The notes beneath the pieces were generated by a model, which did no database searches, had not been told where the DNA came from, and saw nothing but the letters and a program-made list of their open reading frames with translations. A program made the translations under genes and the position numbers. Shown here piece after piece: positions 17,671 to 35,251 of a stretch of 64,000 bases of DNA (the stretch's first letter is position 1; every line of letters begins with the position of its first letter). This DNA comes from the human T2T-CHM13v2.0 reference genome, Homo sapiens, in assembly GCF_009914755.1 (NCBI RefSeq), contig NC_060932.1. One strand, written 5' to 3'.

Positions 17671-18002
17671 AAGCAGGGTTTGTATAAGCCCATTTTAGAC
17701 TGTATTTATTCATGGTTTTCTAGCGTTCATTTTATTCACTTTTTAAGCAGAATATAGTGCCACACAGGATTGTAAGGTAGCCAAAATGTCTGAATGTACA
17801 GTTTGTTGTAATTATTTAATTCATGTTTCTGTTAGCAGCTTAGTCTAGTGTCTGAAGCACCAGATGTAGGCCCCAGATTTTGCCTCAGGATTTTTTACCA
17901 ACTTACTAAATTTTCCTGTAATTACGTAATAGTGACTACAAAATTATCTCAATACCTCACAAGGATCCTGAAAGGTAAATCAGTCAGGAGCTGTAAAGTA
18001 CT

Positions 18003-18424
<422 letters not shown>

Positions 18425-19489
18425 TAAATTTTTATTATTTAGGAAAAATGTTTTGTTACTCATTTAGTGTTGAAACTGTAAGTTTTCACTTCTTTCAGCC
18501 CACTTAAAAAGTCAGACCTTTTAGCCTGGGCAACACAGCAAGACCCCATCTCTACTAGAAATACAAAGAAATAGCCAAATGTGGTAGTGCGCACCTGTGG
18601 TGCCAGCTATTCAGGATGCTGAGGTGGGAGGATCACTTGAGCCCGGGGGACGGAGGCTGCAGTGAGCCAAGATTGTGCACTTCAGCCTGGGTGACAGAGT
18701 GAGACCCTGTCTCAAAAAAAAAGTCATACTTTTAGTTTGAAATTAGTGATAACTGTGAATTCACAACACATAACATATATGTTTGATATCCACATTAGGT
18801 GAGATTTAAACCATATAGCATCCATTTACACCTATAACACTTTTAAAGTCTCCACACTGAATTTCTTCTAGAACAGAGCAAGGGATTTACAGTTTGGCTG
18901 AGTCTCCCATGATTTGGAATTAGATGTAATTCATTTGGACTAAGCTAAACTTTACTATATTTTCTTTGGGGGTGGAGGATAGTGGCAATCGAAGGGTATA
19001 ATTTTAGAACTAACAGGGAATTTGCAAGAAAAATACTAAAAATTTCCAGATATTTGTCTCTCAGATTTTTAAACACTAACATTCTACTAAATTTGCTTTC
19101 TCTTCCTCTTTTTCTTTACCTATGCACATATATACACACAAACATATACTTGTTTTTCTGAACTGTTACAGACGTGATGCTCCTTTACCTCTAAATACTT
19201 CAGTGTATATTTCCTAAGACTAAGGAATCCTCTTATATAACCACCGTACAGTTCTCAAAATCAGAAATTAACATAAGATGATCTGATATATAAACCTTAT
19301 TCAGATTTGATCCATTGTATCCAAAATGTCCTTTAGAGCAAAAGAAAATCTGAGATCTCATCCATTGTTTTGTTGTTGTCACTTTAGTCTCCTTTAAAAT
19401 AAGAAATGTTCGTGACTCTGTCTTTGTATTTTATGACATTGATATTTTTTGAAGCATGTAAACCAGATAATTTGTAGAATGTCCCTTAA

Positions 19490-19868
<379 letters not shown>

Positions 19869-20443
19869 TATGCTGAGTTTTTTTTCTGTGTATCAGAATG
19901 GGAGGCAAATGTTTGTTAATCTCTTTTTGCTGTCTTTTGAAGGAATTATTTATTTAAACAAACCAATAGGATTAGAGAAGAGTTAAACTATTCATCAAAA
20001 CAAATATATGAAATCCTGAACTTTATCTGGTCAGTTAGGTACGGATGTGCTGCCACTACCTTTTTCAAATTGGCTGTAGTGATTGCCACTTTACCTGCCC
20101 AATTTATCTCTTACATTAGGTTGATTAAATGTGTCTATTTCTAAAGAAATTATGTCCCAGAAAACCAACAATATTATGATTACCTCCACATGAGCTCAAC
20201 ATTCCATACGTATCTAATTTGAATCAAATTATTGTTCAACAAAAGAATGAAACTAAGTATAAACTAAAAGAAACAAGTAAATACTAACCTGTACTCCAGA
20301 TCCCATCCCCTCATAATCTTCTAGGACCTCATTTATCAAGTCTGTTTTCTATCTGTCTTTCACATGTATGTACCTTCTCCTTCGGATAATACCAGTCTTG
20401 CAAAGATTGCTATAAAGATTAAATGAGTTAATACGTATTTGTC

Positions 20444-21035
20444 TGTGTCAGGGGTCCCCAAGACCACCCTCAGGTTCAGTGATTCACTAGGACTCACAGA
20501 ACTCCAGAAAAGCTCTTATATTCATGGTTACATTTTATTATAGTAGAGGAATACAGATTAAAATCAGTAAAGGTAAAAGGCACATGGAGTGGAGTCCAGG
20601 AGAGACCAGGCAGAAGCTTCTAGTTGTCCTCTCCCAGTGGAGTTGTACAGACAGCATTTAATTTCCTGCAAAGATGTGCGACAGTATGTAAGACTATTGC
20701 CTACCAGGCAAGCTCACTCAAGCCTTGGTATCCAGGGTTTTACTGGGGGTCATGTAGACATGGAGTGCATATGTGGCTGACTTTAGTTACTTTCTCTACA
20801 ACCCATCCAAAGGTCAAACTGACAGAGCATGGCCCATGGTTCCCACCAGATCCCATCATTTAGCAGAAACCAGCTGGCATGGCCAATATCTCCAGGTATA
20901 CAGACACTCTTATCAGGCAGAGTATTCCAGGGGCTTAGAGATTATCTCCCAGGAACTGATCAAGGGCCAGTCTTTTCTTTAGAATGTGCAGGTTTTTAAT
21001 TACTCAGGCCTACTGAGTTAACCCTTTATTGCACA
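20444..21035 (-). mobile_element. MER21C-like LTR
   Basis: tcaggggtccccaagaccaccctcaggttcagtgattcactag...gagttaaccctttattgcaca. Confidence 0.7.
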
Positions 21036-21896
21036 GTGTCTGATGTATGATACATATTGGATAGATACTAGTTTCCCTCTTTTCCCTTTGGCCTAAAAAG
21101 CTCTATTATTTTAAAAAGCTAATGGACAACTCCAGTATGCACACGTCGTCCAATATGTTTCTTCATACCACTACCCAATCTTTGATCCTCTTCACCATTT
21201 TTAGAGTTCCATTGTTTCCTCTTAGTCCTTAATCTCTACACATACATGATTTTACTTCTTTATGGAGTAGCTAAAATTCTATGTTCTGCTTGTCTTCTTC
21301 GCTTAATAAAATTCTTTTTAAAATTCTTTTTCTAAATGGCTACATATTTTTGTAACTGTCATTGGTAGTGGCTGCTGGTGAACCATAACTTATTTAAGCT
21401 TTCTTCTGTTGTTAGATGTTTAAGTGGTTTACAATTTTTGATAATAAGCATCTTCACATATATATCTTTTTGCATATAATTGAAAGATATTTTTATTTTT
21501 AGCAAATTATAAGGTAATTATGCTGTCTATAGATGATTAGAAAAGTAGAAAAAATCCCTCGAGAAATAACAACTGCTAATGTCATTAATAGTGATATGAG
21601 ATTATTTGGTACATACAATTTGTGTTTGGCTTTTTTAACCTACATTTTCATGAAGGCTGTTTACTATCCTTCTCCCAACTACTGTACCTGTTAGCATTTA
21701 CTCTCCTATATCCCTGCCCCTGGCAGCCACGAAGCTACTTTCTGTGCCCATGGATTTGCCTATTCTGGATATTTCATATAAATGGAATCATACAATGTGT
21801 GATTTTTTATGACTGGCTTCTTTCACTTAGCATGTTAAGCATCTTTTCATATGTTTATTGGCCATTTTGTATTTTCTTTGGAGATAGTGTGATTAA

Positions 21897-22274
<378 letters not shown>

Positions 22275-22295
22275 TGAAAACTAGACATTTTAAAT

Positions 22296-22429
22296 ACAAT
22301 GCTCCTCAACTTATGATGGGGTTATGTCCTGATAACTTATAGAAATATTGTAAGTTGAAAATTCATGTAACACCCTGATAGACCCATCATAAAATCAAAA
22401 AATCATTACGTCAACTCAAAGACCGTCTG
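22296..22429. mobile_element. Tigger-family MITE within an old L1 segment
   Basis: gctcctcaacttatgatggggttatgtcctgataa...acccatcataaa...gaccgtctg. Confidence 0.6.
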
Positions 22430-23196
22430 GAATATAATGTAGCAATTTTGGAAATAAGATTGTCTCCCCTCCCCAGGGTTTCTTCTTGTTTCTTTGCTTA
22501 GTGACTTTTCTGAACTAATTTTGAAAGTCCCTATTCTTTGTTGTATATAACCACTGATGTCTCTACTCAGGTAGTTTGGGGGTCAGCAAATGATTGAACA
22601 GAGATTTTAATATATTCTTTGAACCAGTAAGCTTCTAGTAGTTGTTGAGGGGCTCTGTGTGCATGTTAGGGCACGCCTTTATCACTCAGCTAGGCAGTTT
22701 ATACTTTCTAGATTCCGCTTCCTGGTTATGCAAAACCTCAGAGTTGACCAGAAGTGTGAGATCTTAGGTCTTTCTGTGGTCTGAGAACACAGCCCGTAGC
22801 ATATACACAGCCTTACACATGCACATGACCTTCCAGGAACCTATCAGCTTTTTTAAGCCTCCTGTGGACATCTGATTCTCCAGTTTTTCCTGTTAAGCTT
22901 TTTACTTAGCCTATTGGTTGCTCTTCTAAGATCTACTGCCCCAAGTAGCCAAGATACTCAACAGTTTGCTCTAATTGTTTTCAGCAACTTCCCCAGGGAT
23001 AAGGCTATTCTGCACTAGGTGAGCTCTGAGTGAGATCAAAAAAGACAGCCTTAGGAGTGGTCTTTCAGGGACCACCAGACAGGTCAAACAGTGACAGTTC
23101 TCCAGCAATGGTGGTTTGAAGGATCTCCGTCCAACCCCCTTTTGCTTGGCTTCCTTCCTTGGCTTCCAGGCTGCTGGTTTTCAAGACTAATGTATA

Positions 23197-23494
<298 letters not shown>

Positions 23495-23879
23495 CTAATG
23501 CATAGCTTGGGAGTGGGGTGGGAACAGGAAAAATGCAAGATGAAATGTCAGAGAGCTAGCTGTTCTTACCAAGATTCAGCCATTTTTATAAGTAAATGCT
23601 CCCCAGATAGCTCCAAGCCTTTGGTTAATTTCCAGAATGCTGAAGAAGTTCATTTTGACATTTTTTTTTATCAGTGTTCTCAATGCTTTTATGGATGAGA
23701 GGATTTCCAGGGGTCCTTACTCTGCCATTTTTGCTGATGTCTCCAGTCGTTGAATTTTACTTTGAAAATTAGATGATTACAGCTTTTATTTGTGTGCATA
23801 TTACTATTCTGAAAAAAGTCATTTTTGTATTCTAGCGTTATATAAATTAGTGATTTTTTTTTACAAATGATTTTAACAG

Positions 23880-24020
23880 AATCTTACTGAAAATCAAGAA
23901 GCTCTTGCAAAAGAAATGCGAGCAGATGCAGATGCCTATAGACGAAAAGTGGATCTTGAAGAACACATGTTTCATAAGCTGATAGAAGCAGGTGAAACCC
24001 AGAGCCAGAAAACTCAGAAG
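23880..24020 (+). CDS. TBC1D31: TBC1D31 exon NLTENQEALAKEMRAD...QSQKTQK
   Basis: ttttaaCAG acceptor; AAG|GTAAAA donor; 141 nt, phase 0-0. Confidence 0.93.
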
Positions 24021-24240
24021 GTAAAAATATGATCCATTTAGTATACATGCAGAGGAGAAATTTTCATCTGTCACCCTCTTAAGAGAACAAAATCGAAATT
24101 AAACTCTGTGAAGTTGAGTTAGTTTGTTTCTTTGCTTCAGTTGTCACAGTTCCTAGAATCTCACATTGCTTCCTTTTATATATGGGATGCTTACTTCACT
24201 GACAATCACATGATATGCATGTCTTTTTCCTACAGTTTGA

Positions 24241-24352
24241 GGAAATACAAAGGAATAGTGACTTACAAGAAAATACAAAGGAGTAGTGACTTAGAAGAAA
24301 ATACGAAGGAATAGTGACTTAAAAGAAAATGCAAAGGAATAGTGACTTTACA
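24241..24352. repeat. Minisatellite, 28-bp unit x4 (GAAAATACAAAGGAATAGTGACTTACAA)
   Basis: TAGTGACTT recurs at 24256, 24284, 24312 and 24340. Confidence 0.92.
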
Positions 24353-24919
24353 AATTTTACTGTCCTTCTGTGTTCTGCCTCTGAAATTGTCCCTGTGTTG
24401 ATTAGGTTCAAAGCATCAGGTCCCTGCATGGTATGTAAGCCAGCACTTCCAAGTGTATTGTGTGGACTATTAACTATTATTCAATAAGATGGGGGATGGT
24501 CAAATAAGTATTGGAAATGCTGTCTTAAAGTGAGGTATTTTTCACGCCAAATTTGAGGATTTAAGAGAATTTCCAAGATGTATTTCAGAGAATTTCTTAC
24601 GGAGTACACTTTCAGAAATGCTGACTTAAGTGAATTGAAATAGAACTTGAGACTTTCAAAGAAGAGCTTTCTCTATTATCTCTTTAACAAAATGTTAAAT
24701 GGGTATGTGTACCGGTCTGCTCCTATTCCAAAAACCAGGAATAGTGTACCGTAGATACCTTCTGTTGTACAACAGTCTCTTAGGTGATTTCCTCAAGATA
24801 TTCCATTTTTTTTTAATAGGCTTGTGTCCAGTCTGTTAAAATGGGCTCTTCTTCAGAGTCTCCTCTTCAGAGTGCTGAAAACATGGAAATTGTTGAATCC
24901 CACCCATACCCTAGCCGAT

Positions 24920-25290
<371 letters not shown>

Positions 25291-25380
25291 CCCAGACACT
25301 TGGATACATTGAATGGTTATACCTTCATTTTATGTACTAGTAGTTTGACCTTGTTTCTGAAATGTATAACTTTTTCCTAG

Positions 25381-25575
25381 GTGATTAAAGAAAATTTGGC
25401 AAAGGCTGAACAAGCATGCCTAAATACCGACTGGCAGATTCAGTCTTTACATAAACAAAAATGTGATGATCTACAACGAAACAAATGTTACCAGGAAGTA
25501 GCCAAACTCCTTAGGGAAAACAGAAGGAAAGAAATAGAGATAATAAATGCAATGGTGGAGGAGGAAGCCAAGAAG
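25381..25575 (+). CDS. TBC1D31: TBC1D31 exon VIKENLAKAEQ...VEEEAKK
   Basis: tttttccTAG acceptor; AAG|GTAAAA donor; 195 nt, phase 0-0. Confidence 0.93.
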
Positions 25576-27835
25576 GTAAAAAATAGTGTTATAAACTTTT
25601 TAATATCAAGCATTGATTTTTTTTTTTTTTTTAAAAGACAGAGTCTCACTTTGTTGTACAGCCTCGAAATTCAAACTCGGGGCCTTAAGCAATCTGCCTG
25701 CATCAGCCTCCCAAAGTGCTGGGATTACAGACGTCAGCCCCTTTATCCAGCCTAAGCACTGAAATTTTGAAATAGTACAGAGTCAAATGACAAAAGCATC
25801 ATACCAAGTCGTTTTTGCTGGAAAAGATAATCTGATTTTAATAGGTGTTTGTCAGAGACGTCGTCTAATATTGATTCTACCTAAAAATGACTAAGCGTCT
25901 TTCTCATTTACATTAGTGTGCTTCAATTTCTCAACTTCCTGGATTTTTGTTCTGGCTGATTGAATAATATTAGTACTTTAATTTAGCTAATTCTTTATAC
26001 TTACAATGTAAAAGATGCTGAATAGGTAGAAATGGTACGTAGCTGCTAGTAACAAAACCCCAAATTACAGTGACTATGAACAGGATAGAAATATAGTCTG
26101 GAGGTAGGGAGTCTAGGGTTAGTATTGTGGCTCCAAGGTTATCAGGGAAATGCCATCTTTCAGCCTTTCTGCACCTCTTCTTAGTGTATGGCTTTCATTT
26201 TCAAGGTTACCTTACCATCCAAGATGACTCCTGGAGTTCCAGCCATCACATACACATTCCAGGCAGCGGGGAGAAGGGAGAGCACAAGTGCGAATGTTCT
26301 GCCTCCCATCTGAGTCACACTCCCTTCTAACTTCTTTCCAGGAGTTCCATATCATATTTCAAGCCACATTTGTCAGCAAAGGATGCTGAGAAAAATAGTA
26401 TTCTTCACAGGGAGCATTATCATCCCAAATAAAATTAAGATTCTGTTCCTATCAGTTAATAAGATAGCTAAAAATAAAAACAAAAGATTCTACTGCTAAA
26501 GAAGAATCAAAGAATGGAGTCCGAGGAGGTAATTAATAGTATATGTCACACGTGTGTATCTTTTGGTTGATCCTCGCAAAGACTCTGGGATCTGTGCTCT
26601 GGAGATATTATCGCAGGTACCATAGACTTTCCTAAGGACCCTGAGGAGCTGGGGAAAGATCAAGATGTAGATACCTGGCTTAATTGCTTCTCTCTGTTGC
26701 TGTATCACAATGTCTATTCTGAAAGCTGGCTTCTTACAGTGTATTTCCTTCAAGTCACTATTCCAGATTCATTTTCCTCCTACCCCATCCCAGTGGCATG
26801 GAGCCTTATCTTATAACCCTTCCATTCTAGGACAGGAAAGAAGGGCTTGGAGAGGGTGGGGGTAATATCCAGAACCCTGAGGCTGTTCTCAGGAAAACAG
26901 GGGTGGAAGCTCACATTCTCATCCTAAACATTGCTGACACTAGGGCTATACTGTGTGAAATTCACTGCTGCTGGACTTTGGGTAAAATGGTACTTTTGAG
27001 AATTGGCTGAGAATCATTGTAGGGGCCCTTCACGTTCTGCAGAAATCCTTCCTTGTGTCTAGTGTCTTGCGTTGTAAAGCTGACTTGACTACTGCGTGGC
27101 CTTGGGAAATTGCTCAGAATCAGCCCCCTCATCAGTAACATGAAAGGGATGGATTTCTGTGATCCTTCCTTACCCTATTTTGTGATTTTTTAAAAAAGTT
27201 TTTGTTATTTAATGCATTATTATTTCTATAGCATAAAAATTATGTGTTTCCATGTAAAAGCTGTAGCTTTTCCAGAATTTCGGCAAACTTTAGGAGTTGG
27301 ATTTTAAATTTATTTTAGTTACCTTCTGAGCTAATTTTAAGATTATTATTTTCTCATTTTATGGAGAAGAAAATAAGGGTGAATAGAAATCACTTGACTT
27401 CCCTGTGGTCATCATGTGGACCAGAGCTGGGCAAAGAGTTCATTCTCTGAATTTTGTAGATTTTATTATTAAGATAGAGCATTCAAATTAAATAAAATGC
27501 AATTGCCACTAATTCAAAACTAGCTTAGTCTCATAAGATTTGAGATTTGAAACTTATTGAAATGCATTATTATTTCAGCAATTATTGGGATATAGTTGTG
27601 TGCTTTGTGGCACTCTGCAATACTGGGGGTTGGATAAAACCTGCCTCTGCTTTCAAGGCTCTTAATAGCCTTGGGCCAACACAGGCACCCCAGTTACCAT
27701 AACACCAAACAGATCCTACTTGCCATGGGAATATAAAGGAAAGTGGATAGAGAAGACAGAAGTGGCTCATTCCACTGTGAAATGTGTATTACTATACTTT
27801 TTATGTAATCTTTTTTTCCATTTATTTGAATTTAG

Positions 27836-27974
27836 TGGAAGGAAGCTGAAGGAAAAGAGTTCCGTTTGAGATCAGCAAAGAAAGCTTCTGCTCTTTCAGA
27901 TGCGTCTAGAAAGTGGTTTTTAAAGCAAGAGATAAATGCGGCTGTAGAACATGCTGAAAATCCATGTCATAAAG
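27836..27974 (+). CDS. TBC1D31: TBC1D31 exon WKEAEGKEFRLRSAKK...ENPCHK
   Basis: ttTAG acceptor; G|GTGAGT donor; 139 nt, phase 0 to 1. Confidence 0.93.
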
Positions 27975-28045
27975 GTGAGTGTCTGAGAGGCCTTTCTCTC
28001 CATGATGTTACAGATTTATTCTTTTAGTAGGGTCTATTATTATGA

Positions 28046-28342
<297 letters not shown>

Positions 28343-28971
28343 AGTGAATAAATTATTGGGATGTATTTTGGCACTTCTATTCAATCTACTGCTCAAGTAA
28401 AAGGTAATCACTGGTTACCATATTTTTGGTGGGAAAGGGTGGGCTGAGGTGGGACTATTACAGAAACAGAGTCCCAGTCGAGGAAAAAGTTTGTGCAGAC
28501 TGTCCTGTGGAGTTCTGTTTGATTCTGTTGCTCCAAGGTAAAATATGTACTTTGCCAAAAGCTGGTCCTCAGAACAACAGTATATTCAAGTATCACATGG
28601 AAACTTCTCATAGGATTTGATCCAACATTAGGTTTCGATACAAGGCTTACAGTGGCATCAACTGAAAAATCAAAATTATAATTTAAAACTGTAAAATACC
28701 CTGGAGGCTGAGGCGAGAGGATCTCTTTGAGCCCAGGAGTTTGAGGCTGCAGTGAGCTATTATCACACCACTGAACTCTAGCCTGGGCAACAGAGAAGAC
28801 CCTGTCTCTTTAAAAAAAAAAAAAAAGATTTCCAAAAATTATAGAGTACAGTTAACAAGGAGCTTTTATTTTACTGTGTTTTATTTTGTTTCAGTCTTTT
28901 ATAATGTGTATACATTGCTTTTTAAAATAATAGCTTTGTTGATACATAATTCACATGCCCTATAATTCACC

Positions 28972-29289
<318 letters not shown>

Positions 29290-29290
<1 letters not shown>

Positions 29291-29745
29291 TAATTCACCT
29301 ATTTAAAGTGTATTATTCAATGTCATTATATTATCATGTACTAAAAAATACACTTACATAGTCATGCAGCCATCACCACAAGCAAGTTTAGAGCATTTTT
29401 CAGCACTTCAAAATAAACCCAGTACCCATTAGCAGTCACTCCCCATTTCCACTCACTCCCCCAAGCCCCTGGCAGCTACTAACTACCTTGTGTCCACTCA
29501 CCTATTCAGGAAGTTTCATGTAAATATAATCATGTAATATATGGTCTTCTGTGTCTGGTTTCTTGTACTTGGCATAATGTCTTGAGATTCAACCATGTTG
29601 TAGCATGTACCAGTACTTCATTCCTTTTTATTGCTGAATAATATTCCATTGTGTGGATATTATGTATTTTTTTAATCTATTCATCAGTCGATGGACATCT
29701 GGATTCTTTCCAATTTTTGGCTTCATGAATATGCTATGTGCATTA
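29290..29745 (-). mobile_element. L1M 3'UTR fragment
   Basis: ttcaaccatgttgtagcatg...ttattgctgaataatattccattgtgtggata. Confidence 0.75.
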
Positions 29746-29782
29746 CTTTTACATTTCACAAATTTGAAGAGTGAAAATATAG

Positions 29783-30084
<302 letters not shown>

Positions 30085-30214
30085 AAATCATGCCGACTCT
30101 TAAAACCACTCATTACCGCTCATACTTGAGATTTAGTGGTCCCAAATAGCACCAAGAGTACTTCAGGGAGGTGGAGAGGAGTAGAATGTGACTCTGCACG
30201 AATTAAATATTTAA

Positions 30215-30657
<443 letters not shown>

Positions 30658-30948
30658 TAAGAAACTGTGAAAAGCTTTCGTCATCGGTAGTTTTCCTACA
30701 CCTTTGCCCCTCTGCCTCCATGATGTCTTCCCTTCGTGCTAAATTTTTTTTGGCAGACCAGTCAGCCATGTATGTTTTTTAACCTTGCTGAATTTCACCA
30801 ATAGAGATAATTTGATTAATAAACATCCAGTTTTCAAAAGTCTTAAGTTTATGACTGAATGATGTGTCAGTCATGTTCTTAATCAGGGTATATAGATTTA
30901 ATCAGATTCATTTAATCCTAAAAGCAGGAGATAATCACCTACCATTAA

Positions 30949-31302
<354 letters not shown>

Positions 31303-31854
31303 TCACCAATAGTGATTTAATTCAGTAGATCTAATAATAGTAATAATTCCGTCAGTAGCTCTAGGGTAGAAACTAGGGAGCTAGATTTTTGTTTTAAAGT
31401 TTCACGAGTGAATATCCCCAGCCAGTGTTTGAAACATTGCTGGAGACAAAAGGTAATCATTAGTTGTTTGAACAGAGATAATATTTACAACACAGCCCTT
31501 TGGGAAGATGAATTGAACAGGAGTGGGCAGGTTGAATTTTGGAGGACAGATGAGAGGGAGCTGTGAGATCTCAGCTCTGGCTGGGCACGGTGGCGCCTGT
31601 AATCCTAGCAATTTGGGAGACTGAGGCGGGAGGATGGCTTGAGCCCAGGAGTTCAAGACCAGCCTGGGCAACATAGTGAGACTGCCTCTAAAAAATAAAG
31701 AAACAAAAAGATCTGAGGAACCACACCTGATTCGCGTCTTGTCTGTGCAGCAAATGTAGCAGTGGCCAGCGTGCTTGTGCCAGAATGCTGGTAGACTGGG
31801 AAGCTCGTGACCTTATTCCATTTGCTACAAGTATTTTATTTTGGAGTTATTTCT

Positions 31855-32200
<346 letters not shown>

Positions 32201-33154
32201 TCAATCTGCTTTTTCTTTTCTGTTTTTCTTTTTCCGCTGAGTTCTGTCCGCAGAAACCGTTCTCTGGAACAGTGCAGATTGCAGATTACGTTTACTACCT
32301 CCGCCATGTCCCGCCCTTCAGATGTTTGAAGATGACTCTTAGATTCCAGTCCCCCACCAGTTCAAATTAGTCATTGGTGATTAGTCACATTACTTTAATG
32401 ACTCATTGAGCTAAAACTATGAGGTAAAACCATTAGCTAAAGCTTTTCAGAGAGGTAAAAGGCAGACATCTTACCGATTTAATGAGACTCCCAGCATTCT
32501 GGGCTCGACACATGGAGCTTAGATGCTAGCGGTGGGAGTAGAAAGGAAGGGACCATTATAAGCCATGTCAGGATGCAAATGTTTTTAAAAACACCTTGGT
32601 GTCATACTGGATGTGCTGCTGTAGGAGTTAGGGAACAGTGAAAACACAGCTGAGGGTGAGTGTAAGTTTTGAGATGAGGAGAGTAATTGATAAAAGTAGG
32701 GGAGGCACCACTAGTTGCTAGGGCACTGCCCTGCCTGCTACTCTAAGAAGGGTTCGGGTAAAACTTGCCTATGGCTGGCTCTGATTTGCTGTATGTTGTG
32801 ATGAGGCCCTGCCTAGCTAAAACCAGTAGTGATCAGCTCATAATAGTTTCCAGGGAAGCCTTGCTGATCACATTTCGTAATCTCTATCTTAATATCCATA
32901 TTTTTGAGTTTGTTGGCTTTTTGTTTTAGCTGAAAGTGTTTTTAAAGTACGTTTTACAGAAATCAGCTCAGCTCTTAATTCTCACTAATGACACTTCCTT
33001 GCCTTTTGAATGTTGACCGCATTCTTCTTAAAATAGAAAAGAAAGGAGTTTTTAGCCATCCTTGGTGATTGTAACTTACTAGGGACCATTTGGAATTAGT
33101 AAGCCTTTCTACTCACTCCCAAACATCATCTTAATCTCCTCACTTTTATAACAG

Positions 33155-33247
33155 AAGAACCCAGGTTCCAAAATGAACAGGACTCAAGCTGTTTGCCTAG
33201 AACCTCACAATTAAATGACTCTTCTGAAATGGATCCCTCAACACAGA
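33155..33247 (+). CDS. TBC1D31: TBC1D31 penultimate exon (E)EPRFQNEQDSSCLPRTSQLNDSSEMDPSTQ
   Basis: CAG acceptor followed by AAG (NAGNAG); A|GTAAGT donor; 93 nt, phase 1-1. Confidence 0.92.
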
Positions 33248-34924
33248 GTAAGTTGATAAGCAAGAAAATGTTATTCTGCCATTTTAAATTTCACAATATT
33301 TAAGCAAAATTGTGGCTTAAATTATATTTATAGCATGTGGACGCCATTTTCCCAGGGCACTGATAATGGAAATCCTAAAAGGGAGGCAGCAAGATTCTCT
33401 CAGATTCCTCAGTGGGAGAACTGGGTGCAGACCAAATTCCAAGTAAAGAAAATGTGCTGAATCCACTAAAGCCACTCCAGTTCTTGAGCACCAGCACTGC
33501 TGCCCAAAAACATAGTTGGAGGTTCTAACAGAAGTCTCTAACTAGGTTGATAATATGAAATTCATAACTATTTTGACATCCTTGTGAAAAAAAATCTCAG
33601 CGTTGTTTTTCAAAGCTATTGCATAGTTGAATTTTCTTGACTCTGTTCATTTGGGCTGGGCTCCCTCCAACAACCATTGAAAACATGTGTCTGCCCTGGG
33701 CACTCCGATGGAATTCTGGGCCCCAGCAGCAGTAGAATGGCCAAAGGCAAATGGCTTCATGCTGATGAGCTGACTTTTGATCCCTGGACGTGGTTCATTG
33801 GAGGGTTTGGGGTTTTTTAGAAGGGACAGGGTAGAAACATCTTACAGAAATGTAATCACAGCATTAGGCCATCCATAAAGAAGCTAACAATCTTCCCAGT
33901 AAAGTATATTATTTATTTTTAAAAGGGAGGAGGAGAAAAGACACTCTGTTAAACTTACTTTCAACTATTTTTTTTCAATAAAATTGCCATATAGATGAAG
34001 CAGTATTTAACAAGATCTTTTGACTTCTTTTGGAAGAACAAACTTTTATACAATGTCCCAAAAAGACGAGCTTTATAAGAAATATGCCTAATACCAAGTC
34101 ATGAGATTCCAGTATTGTGTAAAATATTTTTGCTAACTCACATTTTTATATGCATCTATAAATTCTGTGCCAGAATATGAATTAAACCAAAAATCATTCA
34201 AGAGTCAGATGAAGTATGAGAGATTCTCAGCTACTCTCTATTCTGACATATCAAATGGTTATTTGGCAGCAAAATACAAAAGCATGAAAGTTGTATTTCT
34301 TTGGGAGGAAAAACAGTTTTTCAGAAATTGAAGCTGACTGACTATTTGAATATGTAACTAAATTTCAGAGAAGTATATTTTTAAGGGCTTTTAAAAAAAA
34401 TTTCAGTGTTCACTAGCCCCTCTAAATCAGTAACGCTCTTACACTTGGACATGTTGTAGTATTTTAATCTTGATTCTGGACCTTCCTGATATTAGCCAAT
34501 ATTAAAAAGCATTTGATTTACTTATTTTTATTTATTTATTGGAAAGGTAATCATGGTGTATATTTCACAGTTTTATGACTTGGAATGCCTTTTCTCATTA
34601 CTATTAAGCATCATTGTGAGGAAGCTTACAGTTGCACAAACTCAAATTCTCTCTTAAATTAACAAGCTTTGTTTCTAACTTAAGATTGTTTGTATCCCAA
34701 GTATTTCAAAGCAGAGAAGTTCTCTGTTAGCATTCATTCAGTCCAACAAATAATTATTTGGCTTGTAAATGGAACCACCTAGGGCCAGGTTATATGTAAA
34801 ATTTAGGTTTTAGAATTGCATTTCATTATTTGTTTTTACAACACATTTATCTTTAAAATAAATGCTGTATCACCGCTAACATCAGAAAACTCAGCTTTTC
34901 TAAATTTTAAATTTCGTTTTCAAG

Positions 34925-35058
34925 TTTCTTTAAATAGAAGAGCAGTAGAATGGGACACCACGGGACAGAATCTTATTAAGAAAGTGAGAAATCTTCGCCA
35001 GAGACTCACTGCCCGGGCTCGTCACAGATGTCAAACCCCTCATCTTTTGGCTGCATAG
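34925..35058 (+). CDS. TBC1D31: TBC1D31 last coding exon (I)SLNRRAVEWDTTGQNLIKKVRNLRQRLTARARHRCQTPHLLAA*
   Basis: ttttcAAG acceptor in phase 1; TAG stop at 35056-35058. Confidence 0.94.
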
Positions 35059-35245
35059 AATGCATGTCACCTTGAGACGGTCGAGAGAGAGACCTATTTT
35101 GCAATCAGTGACATTGATTTTTAGATTATTTATTTAAAATTCCTATAAAGATCAGCCCTTTGTACAGAAAAATGTGTCTATAAAAATTATGTGTTATTTA
35201 ATTCTGATACTTTTTGGCTTGTAAATGGCTTCTTGAACTTTTTAC

Positions 35246-35251
35246 AATAAA
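35246..35251 (+). terminator. TBC1D31: Polyadenylation signal of TBC1D31 (3'UTR about 35059-35270)
   Basis: AATAAA ~190 nt after the stop, upstream TGTA elements, GT/T-rich sequence downstream. Confidence 0.8.

Noticed and set aside
24241-24352. 28-bp repeats as a CRISPR-like array
   Set aside because: Head-to-tail units with no unique spacers, eukaryotic context, no cas genes
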